Below the pieces are notes generated by a model, which was given only the letters and a program-made list of their open reading frames with translations, was not told the DNA's origin and did no database searches. Below are positions 1-14,573 of a DNA stretch of 64,000 nt, one piece after another. The stretch's first letter is position 1. The number at the start of each line of letters is the position of its first letter. Source of the DNA: Sphaerodactylus townsendi (Eukaryota); contig NC_059435.1 of the NCBI RefSeq assembly GCF_021028975.2, positions 24,986,001 to 25,050,000 of the forward strand. The letters are read 5' to 3'. The position numbers were made by a program, and so were the translations under genes.

Positions 1-636
1 CACCAACACAAGGGCCAAAGACCCTGGTAGAGGTGCTGTTATCCCAGTGACATAGCACTACACAAACCTGAACCAAGAAGTTGCCACACACACTGGTGCC
101 CCTCCACCAGAGGAGCCACTCCAGCATGGGGGGGGGGTGTATCTGGAGGCATTGCTGAGGGTTTCAGCCCAGGAATTTCTATGGCTCAGACTCACACCAT
201 TAAAAAGGGTGGAATAAGTCATTCCTGGCGATGGGATACCCCAGGGAGAAGACGTTTTGATCCTTCTCCCCGGGCACCTATGCCGCTGATTGCCTCTTTG
301 GAGGCAGTGCCACAATGTCATCCCTAGCCAATATTCTACACACACACCCTTTGGATTGGGATGCCTATGTGGGGCCATTCTTATTTTCTCAAATGATAAC
401 TTTGAAGTGGTTTTCTGCTGAGGTCTCTCAGTTCTACTATATGTCTCACCTTTCTTATGATCACCTCCTTATTTCTTATTATCTATGAATGCATTCTTCC
501 TCCATGTTTTTTTAATTAGTAATTTGATTTATAGAGAGCAAAATGTGAGGTCTGTTCAGTAGAGGCAGCCACATTAAGGAACTCTGGACAGGTCCTCTTG
601 ATTCTTTCCATTTTGCCAACATGTCAAGTCTTTTTC

Positions 637-965
637 AGAAGAAGAGTTGGGATTTATACGCCACCTTTCTCTCCTGTAAAAATGGCTCACGAACTCCTTT
701 CCCTTCCTCTCCCCACAACAAACACCTTGAGAGGTAGGTGGGGCTAAGAGAGTTCTGAGCAAACTGTGAGTATCCCAAGGTCACCTAGCAGGCATCATGT
801 GCAGGAGTGGGGAAACAGGAGTGGGGAAACAGGCATCGTGTGCAGGAGTGGGGAAACAAATTCAGTTAACCAAATAATAGTCCACTGCTCATGTGGAGGA
901 TTGGAGAATCAAATCTTGTTCTCCAGATAAGAGTCTACTGCTCTTCACCACCAGCACCACCATGC
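637..965 (-). mobile_element. tRNA-derived squamate SINE (Squam3-like), with a small internal tandem duplication
   Basis: Reverse complement of the SINE at 20965 and 61497. The (ttc)n tail reads agaagaagag at 637; the body has cacaacaaacacc..gaggtaggtggggct..cccaaggtcacc; caggagtggggaaac occurs three times at ~803-858. The family name is from memory. Confidence 0.85.
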
Positions 966-3900
966 CATACTGGCTGTTTCACAATACAAAGCTCTTTCTT
1001 CCAGATAATTTTAACTCTTCTGTCATTGCTGTTGCAGTTTTTAATGCATATTTGATGTTTTGGTGTTTTAATTGATTTTACTGTTATCTTGTTGACGTCA
1101 TTGTTTTATGCTTGTTTGCGTTTATACAATAAGTTGCTTCAAATACATTGCAGAAAAATGACTCATCAGTCAATACCTTCAGTTTAACTTATCCATATAC
1201 CCTGAAATGAATTCCCAGCTTTTAATATACCTCTATATCATACAGTCGTAACTCCCCTCCTTAACCACTTTCACATTATATTGCAGAGATAATCCATAAA
1301 TCTTCCTCTACAATAGTAAGCCTTTTATTGGTATTTACCTCCTTAGCATATTTTGGAAACATTTGTCTTTCTATCATTCATCAGCACAATTAAAGAGTAT
1401 GAAACAACAACATAAAGGTAATCTTGGTTAGTTATTTCACTGCGTCAGTTATGCACCACAGATATTGAAAATAAATAAAGTATCAACATCAGTCAGACAT
1501 TATTCCGAGCAGCAGTTTTTGAAAATGATCTGCATTGCAGCTATGAATTTAAAGTGGCAGAAGTTTACATATGCTCAATGCCAAACATAAAGAATCTCAG
1601 AGATTTCGGTTTGCTAATGAGGAGCAAGTAATCGCAGTGTGTAAGCAATTTATCAGGCTTCACAAGTGCACACCATATGGCTAAAGTGAGAGGTCATTTG
1701 GGAGGGAGGCAGGTAGAACATGTCATATTTCTACAACAAGGATATAAGGACTTGATACCGTATTCAAGAAATGAAGCTATTTGCACCTTATGGGGGAGAT
1801 CTTGAACAGCCCACCAACAATTGTGATGACAGAGCCAAATGACAACAAAACCCAAAGCAACAATCATTGTATTGGCCACAGGAATTGAATAGCAGTAGAA
1901 AATAACTGTTTCCCAGGTGGAAGAAAATGGACAAGATGACATAATGAAGATGAAAGAAGGCAAATTTGCAACAAATAGAGAGAGTTGGCAGAGGGGGCAG
2001 TATTTAAGAAAATGACAGACTTAACACACCTACTGATTAGTTAGAAATGTGGCTACATGGATCCTATATTGTCACAGGATTTGAGGCAGGATATATTGTG
2101 TTGTGACAAGGGTTTGGCCGTTTTGGCCAGAAAGAGGAGAATTCCAGAATTTGTCTGGTAAGGCGACTAATTTGAAAATGGCCAGAACATTATCTCAAAA
2201 TTATATTGAATGAAAGCAGTGCTGGGAAATGTGTCTTAATTTAAACATTTACATCTCAATGATCAAGACCTTGGGTTCTGATTTCCATCAAGTAAGGAGG
2301 AAAGATTTAGCTGGCTCCTTTGTTCTTCAATAAATTCAAGGTTGAATTGCACAATAGACATATGTCCTATGACCATTTGTTATGTTTTTATACTTCACAA
2401 TACTTGGTGTCCAACACTGAGGTGCAATGACACGGCAGAGCCACTGAGCAATAACACACACCCCCCTTTCTGCCATCTTCATCCGTGCAAGACATACTAA
2501 GATGCTTTTTGTTTCCATCAGTTGGCCCTTTTCTGTTTGAATATATTTGCTACTGAAGTCTCATAGACGCTGTCAGTCCCATTTAAATTCGCTTATCAAA
2601 TTAATTGATTTAAACTTAACCCAAACTATAGGCACCCAGGACACAGGGATATTTCATTCAAATAATCTGGAGGATGTACACTGATTAGAATAAAACTCGT
2701 GTTGTGACAGATGTCAATTATCAGTGACCAATTGTCACTGTTCCTGTAGACAAACATCACATCTTGGCATGGAGATGTGAGTTATAAATCAGAAAGTCTG
2801 GTATTTGCCGTAATGAGAAAATTAATATTTGAAAGAGTTTAGAACAGGTCACTGCAGTATTGTTAAGCATAGGAAATTAAATGCAGAAATTTAATTAAAA
2901 TATTTTTTTTTCATTCCCTTGTGAAACTGGCCTTTGAGTCTAGCTCTAGGTGGCCATTTTTTGTTACAAAAGGTATGGCATGCATTCAGCAACTCGTTCC
3001 TACATTTTGAGCCATAGCGTGGCACCCATTAATGGCAATAATCACATCGCTCCAGCCGGGCTGAGTTCATGGCAATCAACTTGGAGCCAGTGAATTTTGT
3101 TTACTCCTCATTGCCTGTCTAACCCTCATTAAGAGCAAAAGAGAAATGCTGTAGTAGCTGAGGTAACTCTTATATCGTAAGCTTTCAAAAATTGTCAGTG
3201 GTATTTCAGAGCAGTACAGGCAGGAGAAGCAATGAAATGTTGACGTACTGAATGAGTTAGAAGAGGCTGTGCATTTTAATATGTTCAGGCTGTAATTTTA
3301 AACATATTGGAGAGGAATAGCAACTACAATGCACATTTGGTCACACTTCCATTCTCAGGTTGCATCTATGTTACATGTACGTCTTAAATTCCTTTAATTG
3401 TGTCCCCAGGGAAAGGTGGAAACTGTCATTCTGGATGGGGACTAGAGAAGTCTCACTAAGAATTCTCAATAGCCTTACTCAAATAACAATTGAGGGAAGC
3501 TACGAGTGATAAGGTAGTTTAAACTAAAATTGCATGTAGCAGAGATCTACCTCACAGGATGTACAGGGTATGAAGGCTGCTTCTCCTCCCTATTGTTTAT
3601 CATCAGCATCTGGTATCTAACAACATATGGCCTCTGAACAGAGACGTTCCTGTTTGCTGTCATGGATAAAGCCATTCCTAAACCCATCCTCCATCAGTTT
3701 CCTTTCCATCTCCTTTGAAAGTTTTCTAAGTCAGTGGCCACATTTGTGGCAGGGATCAGTTGTTGGACATGTACACCCATGAGTGCTCTCTCCATATCTC
3801 ACAGATCCTGCCTGTAAAGCAGAAGGTGCAATTATCATGTGCAAACCCCCACTTCCTAGCTGTCCCTGAATGGAGTATGGGAGAAATGGGAGAACTGACT

Positions 3901-5169
3901 CTGACTTCAGGATGGCTTTGATCTGTCAAAAAACTGTAAAGCACTAAAGACCATAACTCATTTTCTGTATCTGCAGAGGATCAATATTCTGTGAATACTG
4001 GATACAATAGAACTGCCCCCCCCCTCCCCTAATTCAGATTTTGACATAGTAACTGTCAGCTCTTTGCTTCTGTAACCAGTGGGAGGAATGGTTTAAGCTG
4101 GTACATCAAGGACAGGGGGGGAAACCTGCTTCTTTGGCAAGTTGTCCAATGATCTAAGGTTCTGCATTCTGTTACCAAGTCAAAGAGTTTATACTTCTTA
4201 AAACTGGATATAGACACCTGCCAGGAGACTGATAAGCAGCAAAACAGAACAGATGTTAAATAAATACAAGGCAGTTTTGCTTCCTGCTGACAGCTGTCCT
4301 AACCTGAAAGATATCAGAGAAGGTTTTATCGTAACTGAATCTTCTGTAAATTCCCTGGTGTACAAAACTATACATTTTTTTTTAAAAAGGTGAAGGTTTG
4401 CAGAAGACTTATTTTGGCACCTGCACTTTCTGAGCACTTGGTTAAACACCTGTTTCTACTTCGAGTCCTCATTAAATGAATGAGATACAGGCATTTTTCA
4501 AAGTCTGTTTATTGCCTTAGCTAACGGGGAAAAAACCCTTTTGGTACATACAACATCCTGCTTTGAACAGTTAGCTTTTAAAAAGGTAAGATACTTTGAA
4601 AAGTTATTACCAAGTCATCATTTGCATTTTTATAGATACTTTGATGGAATGCATGTCAGCCAACAGCAAATAGTCAATAGCTAAATAGAACTTCCAGGTA
4701 CAGAGGCAAGATGGTTTTCAGTACCAGCTGCTGGAGACAATGGACAGCCACCAATTTCATGCTCTTTTTGTAAAGCTCCAAGGTATATTTGATTAGCCAC
4801 TGTTAGCAAAAGAAAGACTGCTGACCAAAGAGCTCTTGAACTGATCCAGTAGAATAGTTTTTAGACTCTTAAAGTGAAAAAAGGTGCATGCACAAACAAC
4901 AGAAATAACAGAGACAATATTTATTGTTATTTTTTTATAGGTTGTCCTTTCTTGGGTAGGCTTAGGGCAGCTTACAGCAGATATATAATAAAACAAATCA
5001 GTAAAACCAGTAATTATAATTCTGTCATAGCCCAGTGCTATTCCAAAACCAAGGGATAACATGTCAGCCTCCCATGCAATTTCAATAACATCAAGGGAAA
5101 CAAAAGGGGATGGGGAAAGGGAAATGGAGGCCAGCTGAATGGACCCCATTGTAGTCCTCAACAATAAGC

Positions 5170-5880
5170 CTGGCAGAATAGCTCCATTTTATAGGCCTTG
5201 CAGAACTGTAACAAGTCCCACAGGGCCCTGGTCTCACTTGACAGAGCATTCCACCAGACTGGGCCCAGAGCTGAGAAGACCCTGGTTGAGGATAGCTAGA
5301 CAACTTTTAAGCCAGGGACCACCCAAAAGTTGTTGTTTGCTGAGTGCAAGGCTCTTTGATGAACTTTTTGGGAGAGGCAGTCTTGCAAGTCTTGCAAGTT
5401 TGACAGTTTCAGACTGTTCAGGGCTTTGAAAGTTAATGCCCTGGTCCAATATTCCACCTAGAGTCAATGTAGCTGGCAGAACACCAGCTAGATATGTTCC
5501 TGCCAGTGAGTCCTCATCAGGACTTGATCAGAGCATTTTGTACCAGCTGAAGCATCATGAACAGTATCAAGGGCAGCCCTGTGGAGAGCAAGTTACAGTA
5601 GTATAGTCTGGAGGTGATTGTTGTGTGGATCACTGTAACTAGCCTCCAGTTGGGACAGATAGGGTGCCAGCTGCTTTGCCTGGCCAAGGTAGTAAAATGC
5701 CAAGTTTTACCCATCAACAGTAGTGAAAGTAGTAAAATACCAAGTTTTGACCCATTTTGACCCATCAACAGATACAATTGAATGTCATCAGCATACTGAT
5801 GGCATCCCTGCCTGACAGTGCATATAGATGTTAAAAGCATCTGGGAGAGGATTGCTCTTTGTGGGACCCCACGCACCAAT
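5170..5880 (-). mobile_element. L2-clade LINE fragment (ORF2 RT to C-terminus, internally deleted)
   Basis: Minus-strand translation contains GVPQ..ILS, HQYADDIQLY and SRLYYCNLL..GLP...LQLVQNA. The 5170-5330 part reads FSALGPVWWNAL..ETRAL.DL.QFCKA, the typical L2 ORF2 end. Confidence 0.85.
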
Positions 5881-6297
5881 GAATGACATGATGAGAAGAA
5901 GAAGAGTTTGGATTTATATCCTGCCTTTTTCTCCTCTCTATGCAGCCTCAAGGCAGCTGACAACCTCCTTTGTCCTGAGATCATCTATATAGTGCACTTC
6001 ACTGTAGATGAGAGATTTGAACCCAGAGTTCTGTGTTCCAGTCCAACACTACATCACATTGGCTCCGACTGGCTTGTGTTTAGCCTAGTAAACACTACGT
6101 TCAATGTGGGAAAGGGGGAGAGCTAAACTCTGGAGTGGAAGAGGACTGAAACTTGAGTGCCAATGGGGCAAAATTAAAAAGCCAGACTCTTAGGTTGTGC
6201 CTACATCGATCACAAAGTGCCCCTTTATAGTGCTCCTTCGTCTCAAAAGCAGCCTCCGCAGTTCACATCTCATCACTAGACTCCTAAACAAATCTGA

Positions 6298-8751
6298 GGC
6301 CGTTTCCGCACAGGCAGAATATGGCGGCCTGGGGACGGCAAAAACGCTGGGCAGTCCCTCCCAGGCCAGCCATTCACATTAGGCATGACAGCTGCTTCGC
6401 AGCCGTGCCGCGTTTCCTCGCTGCCCTCGACACCGGCGCTTTAGCTGGAGCAAGCTTTCCAAACCACGCTTCCCCAGCGTGGTTTTTTTGAAACGCCGGC
6501 TGGAAGCTGCTGCTGTGCGAATGGCAGCAGCTTCCCAGCACTCCCCCCCACTCCCTCCCTGCACTTACCTCGTCCCTGGGCCTCCGGCACGTCGCTGAGG
6601 CCTGGGGACACGCCCCCTGCCCTGCGACGCAGAAGCAGGCGCGCAGGGCCAGGGGGCGTGTCCCTCAGGCTCCTCGGGCGACGCGGGGTCGGGAGGCCCA
6701 GGGACAGGGACATGCCAGATCGGGCCGGGCGATATGCCCATGGCAGCCGTTGTCCAGGGGCGCATCTAGCAAACTGGCGCTCAGCACAAAACCCTGAGTT
6801 TGGCTCGCCCGTGTATGCGGCCACCCTCCCCCACCATGACCAAACAATTTTTTGTACCAGCTCACAAATCACCTCCCACTCCTATCAAAACATACATGGC
6901 TCTCTACCCACCAACTCTTTTTCCACTTTCCTAATCACAAACTTCAATTCTAAGGAGGTAGGCTGTTAGTCTGAGAAACAATTCCAAGCTAGTGCAAGTG
7001 GGTATTAAGCATGGAAATCTCTCACAAATCACCCCCCAGCAAAACATTTACCAAACAAAATGTCAGCATCATCTCTCACAAAACACCTCCAGTGGAATCC
7101 ACTTTCATTGGTGTTTAAACTAGGGAGCTCGCATCTTTCTTTTAAATTCCACCTTAAAGGGAGAATCTGGGGTCCCTGGTTAAAACAAAATTGAAAGTGA
7201 TGCTTTTGGGAGTGGATTCTCCCCCACCCTGAAACAGCATCACTTTTGAGGGCTGGAGATCCATTTGTTCAGCCATAGATTCGGCTGGAATCTGGACAAA
7301 TTTAAGCACATTCAGACAAAAAAATTGTCTGATTGGCGTCCTTGCCCAAAAATTACCAAAATGCCAATGCAAAGTATTTGCCTTTTGGGGGGTATTTTTG
7401 GTGTTTTTTTCAGCTCGTAGGGAGCGCATTTTTAAAGCTATGGCAATATGATTTCAGGGCATCATCCAGAAAGACTGTCCTGATGATACCACCAATCTTT
7501 GAGTTTGGTAATGTTTACCTTAGGTAGTTAAAGCATGGACCCCTTGGGGAATGCCCCCATCCCCACCGTTTTCAATGGAAGTTAACAGGAGATGGGGGCT
7601 ACCCATTTGAGGGACCATAACTTTGGCTCTGAACATAACTTCACCAAACTTGGGTGGCATCATAAGAATAGCTACTCAGATGATACCCTTGAAACTTTGG
7701 AAAATCACTAGCTTTAAAAATACATCCCTTCCAGGCACCCCAGGAAATTTGCCCAAGATTCTTTTGTTTTGCAGTGACTTTGCTCCATTGTAGCTAATGA
7801 GGAATTTCTTCGAGGCAGGCCTGCACATTTTTGAAGATAGAGGTGCCAGACTTTCAAGGTGACTCCAAGAGGCCTTGAGTAATAGCATCCAATCTTGGTG
7901 AGCTTTGCTTCTGGGTGGGGAGTTGAGAGAGCCTGGAGAGAACCTCAGCCCACAGGCCATGTGCAGGAGCTGGGAAACAAAATAAGTTTCTTTGGGGCCC
8001 ATAAAATTGAACCCCCAGAAGCAAAGGTCTCCAAAACCTGGATGCTACGTGAGGCTTCCCTATAGCCACCCTGAAACTCTGGTGCCTCTATCTTCAAAAA
8101 ACGTGCAGCCTGCCCACACACTTCAGAAATTCCTACTGGGCTACAATGGAGCAAAGACACTGCAAAACCAAGAATCTTGGGCAAATTTCTTGGGGTGCCT
8201 GGAAGGGGTGTATTTTTAAAGCTAGTGACACCAAAATTTCCGGGTATCATCTGGTAACTATTCTTAGGATGCCACCCAAATTTGGTGAAGGCGTTCGAAA
8301 CCAAAGTTATGGTCCCTCAAATGGGTAGACCCCATCTCCTGTTAGCTTCCATTGAAAACAATGGGGATGGGGCACCCCATTTGGGGGTCCATAACTTTGC
8401 ACCCCCTAAACCAAACATCACCAAATTTGGGTGGTATCATCAGGACAGTATCTGGATGATACCCTGAAATTTTGGTGCCGATAGCCTTAAAAATGCGCCC
8501 CCTGCAGGCCGGAACGTGAAAAAACACTTAAAAAATTTAAAAACACACAAACGACCCTGAAATGTTGGCGCCCCCCCACGTGACCAAATGGGGGGCGCCC
8601 GGGGACATAGGGTACCCCCTGTCCCTAGGCAGGAACGCCACTGCCGTTGTCCCAGCTGGTTCTGGGACCGTCCATGCGGATGGTCCCAGCGTCATCGGGT
8701 CGGCGTGAAATGCGCTGACCCAGCCGCTTCCGCCTCCGTGCGGAAACGGCC
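6298..8751. mobile_element. Non-autonomous PIF/Harbinger element (~0.56 kb) interrupted by a nested hAT element
   Basis: Perfect 14-bp TIR ggccgtttccgcac / gtgcggaaacggcc; 3-bp TSD tga at 6295-6297 and 8752-8754. Confidence 0.9.
6755..8643. mobile_element. Non-autonomous hAT element with a large internal palindrome
   Basis: 8-bp TSD ccgttgtc at 6747-6754 and 8644-8651; termini caggggcg / cgccactg; inverted arms at ~7420-7920 and ~8010-8505. Confidence 0.88.
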
Positions 8752-10509
8752 TGAGAATCACAACATCATATATTACATGCCTGCCCCATTTTGATGCTCC
8801 TCAGTCTGTTGACTTTTTCATTAGTCAGTTTAATATGCTATCTCTTTTTGCATAATACAACTACTTCGATTTGCTGTTGTAAACAAGGTACATAAACGAG
8901 TGTTCAAATATATGATTAATTACAAAAGTCATTAAAACAGCGTAAGGGACTATTTTTACTCTAGAACCCAGAAGGCGTTGAAAATTCAAGGAGATGAACT
9001 GTATTAGTTCGTTAATATGTTTAAGCCAAGCCAACATATGGCTATTCTTGGGGGGGGGGGGACCTTTTCCCACTTATAAAGGCATAAACATCCAAGTACA
9101 TTATTTTAAAGTTTCTAAGAAAAATAACTGTTTTGTTTTTGGTTCTTCGCTACCTCCTACAGCAACACTGAGGCTCTGCATCACCTCAGGCAACTTTATT
9201 ACCTAAAGACACCAGTGAGTCACAACAGTTCAAGTGACATAAACTTTGACAACTTCCAGTTTGCCTTCTCTAACTTTCCATACTCCAAATCTGCATACAT
9301 CTGCACTCAGTTTCACTTCTGAACATTAATGCTAAGAGCGGTCCTGTACCATATGTTCACACAATTTCATTTCTGTTTCATGACACTCAAGTTCACTTGA
9401 GACTGTAGTGACTCTGAGATGAATGTGTGAACTGCCTCCACTGAACATTTTACTGATTGAAGGAAGGTTTTTGAAAAGAAGTGACAGGAAACCTTTACTT
9501 GTGGTATTTGATCTGGTTATTTGCCATATGGGGGGTCATCTCTTGATGCTCAGGTTCAATGAGTGTTGATCATGCCCAGCTCAACAAAAATTCAGTGTAA
9601 AATGGTAGACTAGAACTGACAAGTCCTAACTTTCAAATCACTGCTCCACCCATGAAAAACACTGGTGGGGCAATCCAGAAACACTTTCCTGGAATAAGCC
9701 TCTTTAAAATGGACCTAAGTTGGATTCTGAGTAGCCATGTTTAAGACTGTGCTGTGGAGAACCTTGGGGCTGTCATTATCTGACAGAAAAATGTAACACT
9801 CTGAATTGTTGGGATAAAATGGAGGAGAGGACAATCTTGTACATTGCTTTGAGCTCTCGGGAGGAACAGTGGGAATTCTCACATGGGGAATTATTTACAG
9901 TATTTCTTAGTAGGTGATAGCATTCAGTCATACAGAGTTTATTATGCTTTCTTCCACCTCAGCCATTTGCAGTCGGGTCAGACTGTCAGAGCTAATAGAT
10001 TTTGTGCGCAGGGTCATAGCTCTCTGACAAGAATACTTACGATAGCAGGAAAGCGGCACAATAATAAGAAATTTTATTGTAGTTGCATTCAGTAGAGGTC
10101 ACTTCGTATGGAAACTTCATAATTTATGCCATTAGTTCTGCCGTATCTCCGGGGTATCTGACTTTTATTTGCTATGTTCTGATCCACAGTCACACAATTT
10201 TGGAGGTGAATTGTAGATTTTTCTGAAGCAATCAGTCATGCCAGGCCCAATCCAATCCAATCCAATTTAATTTCTTTTCTTCCTTTCTTTTTGCTGTGTT
10301 TCTCAAGGAACAACTATCAAGTATCACAACATTAGCCAGGAAAGCTTTGCTTATGGATGATCTGCATGGATTAGGGAATTTGAGGCGTAATCACAATCCC
10401 TCCCCCCTCCAGTACAGTGTTATGAATGTTTATGCTTTCTGCCCTTGGATCCAAATGTTCCACTGTCTCTGGTTCCCCCCCCCCCCTATTTAAATATTGG
10501 AAGAAGTGT

Positions 10510-11520
10510 CATAGAATCACAGAGTAGGGAGGGACATACAGGCCATCTAGTGCAGTCACCTGCTCAGAGCAGGATTAGCCAAAATATGGCCCCCACAACT
10601 GAGTCTATCTGCTGGTTGGCTGAAGACTGTTAGCAGGAAGTAGCTCAACACCTCCCTAGAAAACCGAGTCCACTACAAAATGGCTTTTTTACCTTAAAAT
10701 CCAGCTGGTACTTTTTCTTTCATAATTTAAACCCATTATTGAGAGTCTTACCCACCGCTGCAAACAGAAACAGCTTCCTGTCCTCATCTAAGTGATAGCC
10801 TTAAAAAAAGCAATCATGCCCTTCCTTCTCCAGACTGAACATTGCTAAGTCCCTCAGCTTTTCCTCACAGGCCTTGGTCTCCAGGCCCAATAAGCTTTGC
10901 TGTTCTCTTCTGCACCAACTCCATTTTGTTCAGATTCTTTTTGCAGGGAAGTCTCCAGAAGTACATTCAGTGCTCCAAATATGTTCTGACCAATGTGGTA
11001 AACATAGCATCACTACAATATTCTGTGATGTGGGGTTCTTATGTTCCCTGTTGCTTCATGCAAGGCTAGATTAGCCTTTTTGCCACTTACTCCCCATTGC
11101 TGCTCATGAGTTTTGGGTTTTGATCTTGAATTCACACATTGCTACTCAGAAGCACATCCACCATCCAGTAATTGTATTTCTCATTTGGTTTAGTCTGATT
11201 TTGAACTTTGTAATTGTCTCATATTGAATGTAACACTGTTCACATCTGTCACACTTTCCCAGCAATCCTGATCTCACAGAATTTTGAGCATTCTCATGGT
11301 ATATGGATTGTTCATTGACACCTCCCGTTTAGGAATCATCTGAAAAATTCATAAGTGGTCGTTCCACCCCTTTATCCAGATCATTTATAAAAATATTGAA
11401 AAATACTTGGCTCAGAACCAAGCCTTGTGCATCCCACCAGACACCTCCCTCCAATCAGCTGAAATGCCATTGACAACTTCTCTTTGGGTGGGGTTCTCCA
11501 ACCAGTTTCCTATCCACCTA
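10510..11520 (-). mobile_element. CR1 LINE 3' fragment (degenerate RT)
   Basis: Begins with the atagaatcacagag CR1 tail in reverse. The minus strand near 11380-11520 gives WIGNWLENPTQREVVNGISADWREVS, resembling the CR1 RT region just before GVPQG. Confidence 0.8.
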
Positions 11521-13199
11521 TGGTATCCTCCTGGTTTCACTGGTCAGAATACTATAACCTCCAGCTATGGACTTCTGGGATCCACTATTCCATTGATTGC
11601 TCTTCCATCCACTGAGTTCTAGTCAAAAGTAGGGCTGTGTATTTTTTTTTTAAAAAAACTAACATATATGAAATTTATGGAGCTTAATTTCTACTTGGAT
11701 CTTTAAAAAACTTCCCTTGAGCCTGCTTGTTCAGAGTTTGGATCAAAAATAGATATCAAAATTTCCATCAAATGTTTTAATGGTTCCTCCTGAGACAAAA
11801 CCCCTGAGGCAACTGGAGGAAAACGCAACATTTTTTATCATTAACTTATTGTGTTTTGGTGTTTTATTTCTGCCCTACTGTGTGTTGATATTTCTCCTAA
11901 TATAAAATTCAATGAAATTTGGAAGGTTCTATTTATGCAACACATTTGAGGAATTTTGAGGGAAGCCAGAAATGTTTGGATAAGACTGAGTGAAATTTCA
12001 CACATCAATAGTTAAGAAACTATCATAGACAACCCATATCTCCTGAAACCAAGATACTTCATTTCAACAGTAAGTGAACTTCTTTTCCTTCTACTATTAA
12101 TGTTTAGCTATGCCCTCTGTGAGAATTATTGAAAGGGCTTAGAGGAAAATTCATAACAGGCATGATGGGGAGGGGGGAGGGAATGAAGTCTGTCAGATTA
12201 GCAAGTGTCTTTCATAACAGTAATTTCAATCATACTCCTAGGATTTCTTCTTAACAGTGTGGCTTTGCAATACAATTTTCTCTGTGGGAAATCATATTAG
12301 TGAACATGAGTAATATCGTAATACGATGCTAATAGAATGTGATTGAGTATTGCTAATACAATGAGATCTTGATACAAATTTCTGTGGCTCATGTTACCAG
12401 TGTCAGTTGCTTCAATACTTCCTGTGACTATTGTGCAAGTGAGGCCAGCATGCATTGTGAAATATGCCTGATTTAAAATGACAACAACCACCATTTCAAT
12501 CAGGTTCCGCATTTCCATTTTTGGGAGTAATACAATTGTGGAAGTTTGTGCACCCTGATCACTTTGTTGCACAAGCATCCTGTCATTCTATCCTTATACC
12601 TTTGAGAACTGCCTGGATGACTAGCTCTAAAAAACTCCAGCGTACTTATTGTTCTGGGGGAACCACCTTCCACAGACTGAGGGCACAATCTGCCTCCTTT
12701 TTGCATTATGTAGATATCAATAATGACTTAAGCTGAAACTAACAGTATCAAAGAAAGTCCTCGCTTTTCCAAGGTCTTTTGAAGGTTATGTATCAATATA
12801 TTTGATACTTAACATGGTCCCATTTGTGAGTACTTAAATCCAGAGGTTGGAGCTACGAACAAACAAAACAGATCTTTCTAAAAACTTGAAAATACCCCAA
12901 GTTTGCAGAAAAAATTGAATTTTTAAAAAGAGGTATTCAAGCCCTTTGAAATAATAGAAATGGCACCTGTAGTTTCAAGAAACAAATGTCATCAGTGGCA
13001 GTTGCTAGGCAACCACACAGAATTGCCAGTGGGTTCCAGAAAAGGGAGTTAGTCAGGAGCTTTCCAGGGCTGTTTTGGCCTGTGTGTGAAAACTCATCAG
13101 GGCCAGACCCAGCGCAACCGCCAGTGACTTGCTGCCACCCAATCTGCATGACTCACTGAGGCCTGGCTGTTTGCTACTGCTCAATGACACAAAAATCAC

Positions 13200-13450
13200 T
13201 GTGGTATATTGGTTAGAATTTCAGACTTGGATCTGGGAGACCGAGGTTCAAATCCTCAGTCTGCTGTGGAAAGTCACTGAGTGAGCTATAACCCAAATAA
13301 TATTTCTCAACTTGAATTCCACCTCCACGTTAAAAGATGTTGTGCCTAAAATGAAGAAGAAGAGAATGAGGGATGCTGCTTTTGGTCTCTATTGTGGAGA
13401 AAGTTAGGCTAATCTATCTCATAGGGATGTTGAGAGGATAAAATGGAGTC
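13200..13450 (+). mobile_element. Old tRNA-derived (MIR-like) SINE
   Basis: gtggtatattggttagaa (A box) and ggttcaaatcc (B box), followed by a degenerate core. Confidence 0.6.
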
Positions 13451-13654
13451 TCCCAGATCCTACCTCAACATTTTAATCACTTTATGATATCACATCCCTG
13501 CTGAACTCACTTCCCTCTCCAAACTACTCCCTCTCCAGACTCCATGCTTCAGGAATTTCCCAGCCCATAGTTGGCAACCTTATTGGGATGTAAGTTTCTT
13601 CTTATGTTTAATGTCTTTAACACTGAATATATAATACTGAGCAATGCATTCCAA

Positions 13655-13885
13655 GGAACCACATGAATGCTGATTGTCATTTTGGGTCAGGAAGCAATTT
13701 TCCTCCAGGCTAAATTGACCAGGGATCTGAAGGGTTTTTTTGCCATCTTCTGGGAATGGAAAAGGGGTCACCGGGTATATATGTATGGGGAGGTGGAGGT
13801 AGATGTGAAATTCTAGCGTTGTTCAGGGAGTTGGACTAGATAACCCTGGGGGTTTCTTCCAGCTATATGATTCTATGATTCTACA
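13655..13885 (+). mobile_element. CR1 LINE 3' end
   Basis: gttggactagataacc..ttccagct..atgattctatgattct, the CR1 octamer tail. Confidence 0.7.
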
Positions 13886-14573
13886 TCTCCATGACAGAAT
13901 GCAATTTATTGGGGGCTACAATGGCATGCTTTCTTTAGAAACAAAACAAGATTTTTGTTGTAGCTCAAGTAGTCATTGCTATATAAATAATTGCTGAAAG
14001 ATAGTTGACAGTGTATTGAACCATATTGACCTGGGCTTTGAAAGTCACCACAACAGGAATGGACACTGAGTTTATCTCGAGTAGTGATAGAATTGCAATT
14101 CAAAGACACTCCATTCTATTTAAGGATGTGAAGGAATTGGTAATAAGTGGATATGCCTTAAGATCACATGACCGTTGTTCTTGAGCAAAGTTTAGCAAGT
14201 TCATTCAGCTGTAAATCCCATGTTATTACATAGTAGGGCTTATTTCCAGGAACATTTTTTAGGATTGAAGTCTTACAAACTGCTGTAAAAATTAAATTAT
14301 ATTACGCCATTCCTCATTCAGCTGCTTTGTAACTGGAGACCTGAAGATATTGTGACTTGTATTTTCAAGTTTTGTATAATATTGTCACAAACATTTCTTG
14401 TACATTTAATACCATAGAGTTCACACTCTAAATCAGCTGTTATTTCCAAGGGGTGTTGATCTTTCTCACTTGGTGATCAGTTGTAACTCCAGGTGATCTC
14501 CAGCTGTCAGGTGGAGGTTGGCAATGCTAGTTCCCCTGGATGAATTAGCTGCTTTGGAGGGTAGAGTCTATGG

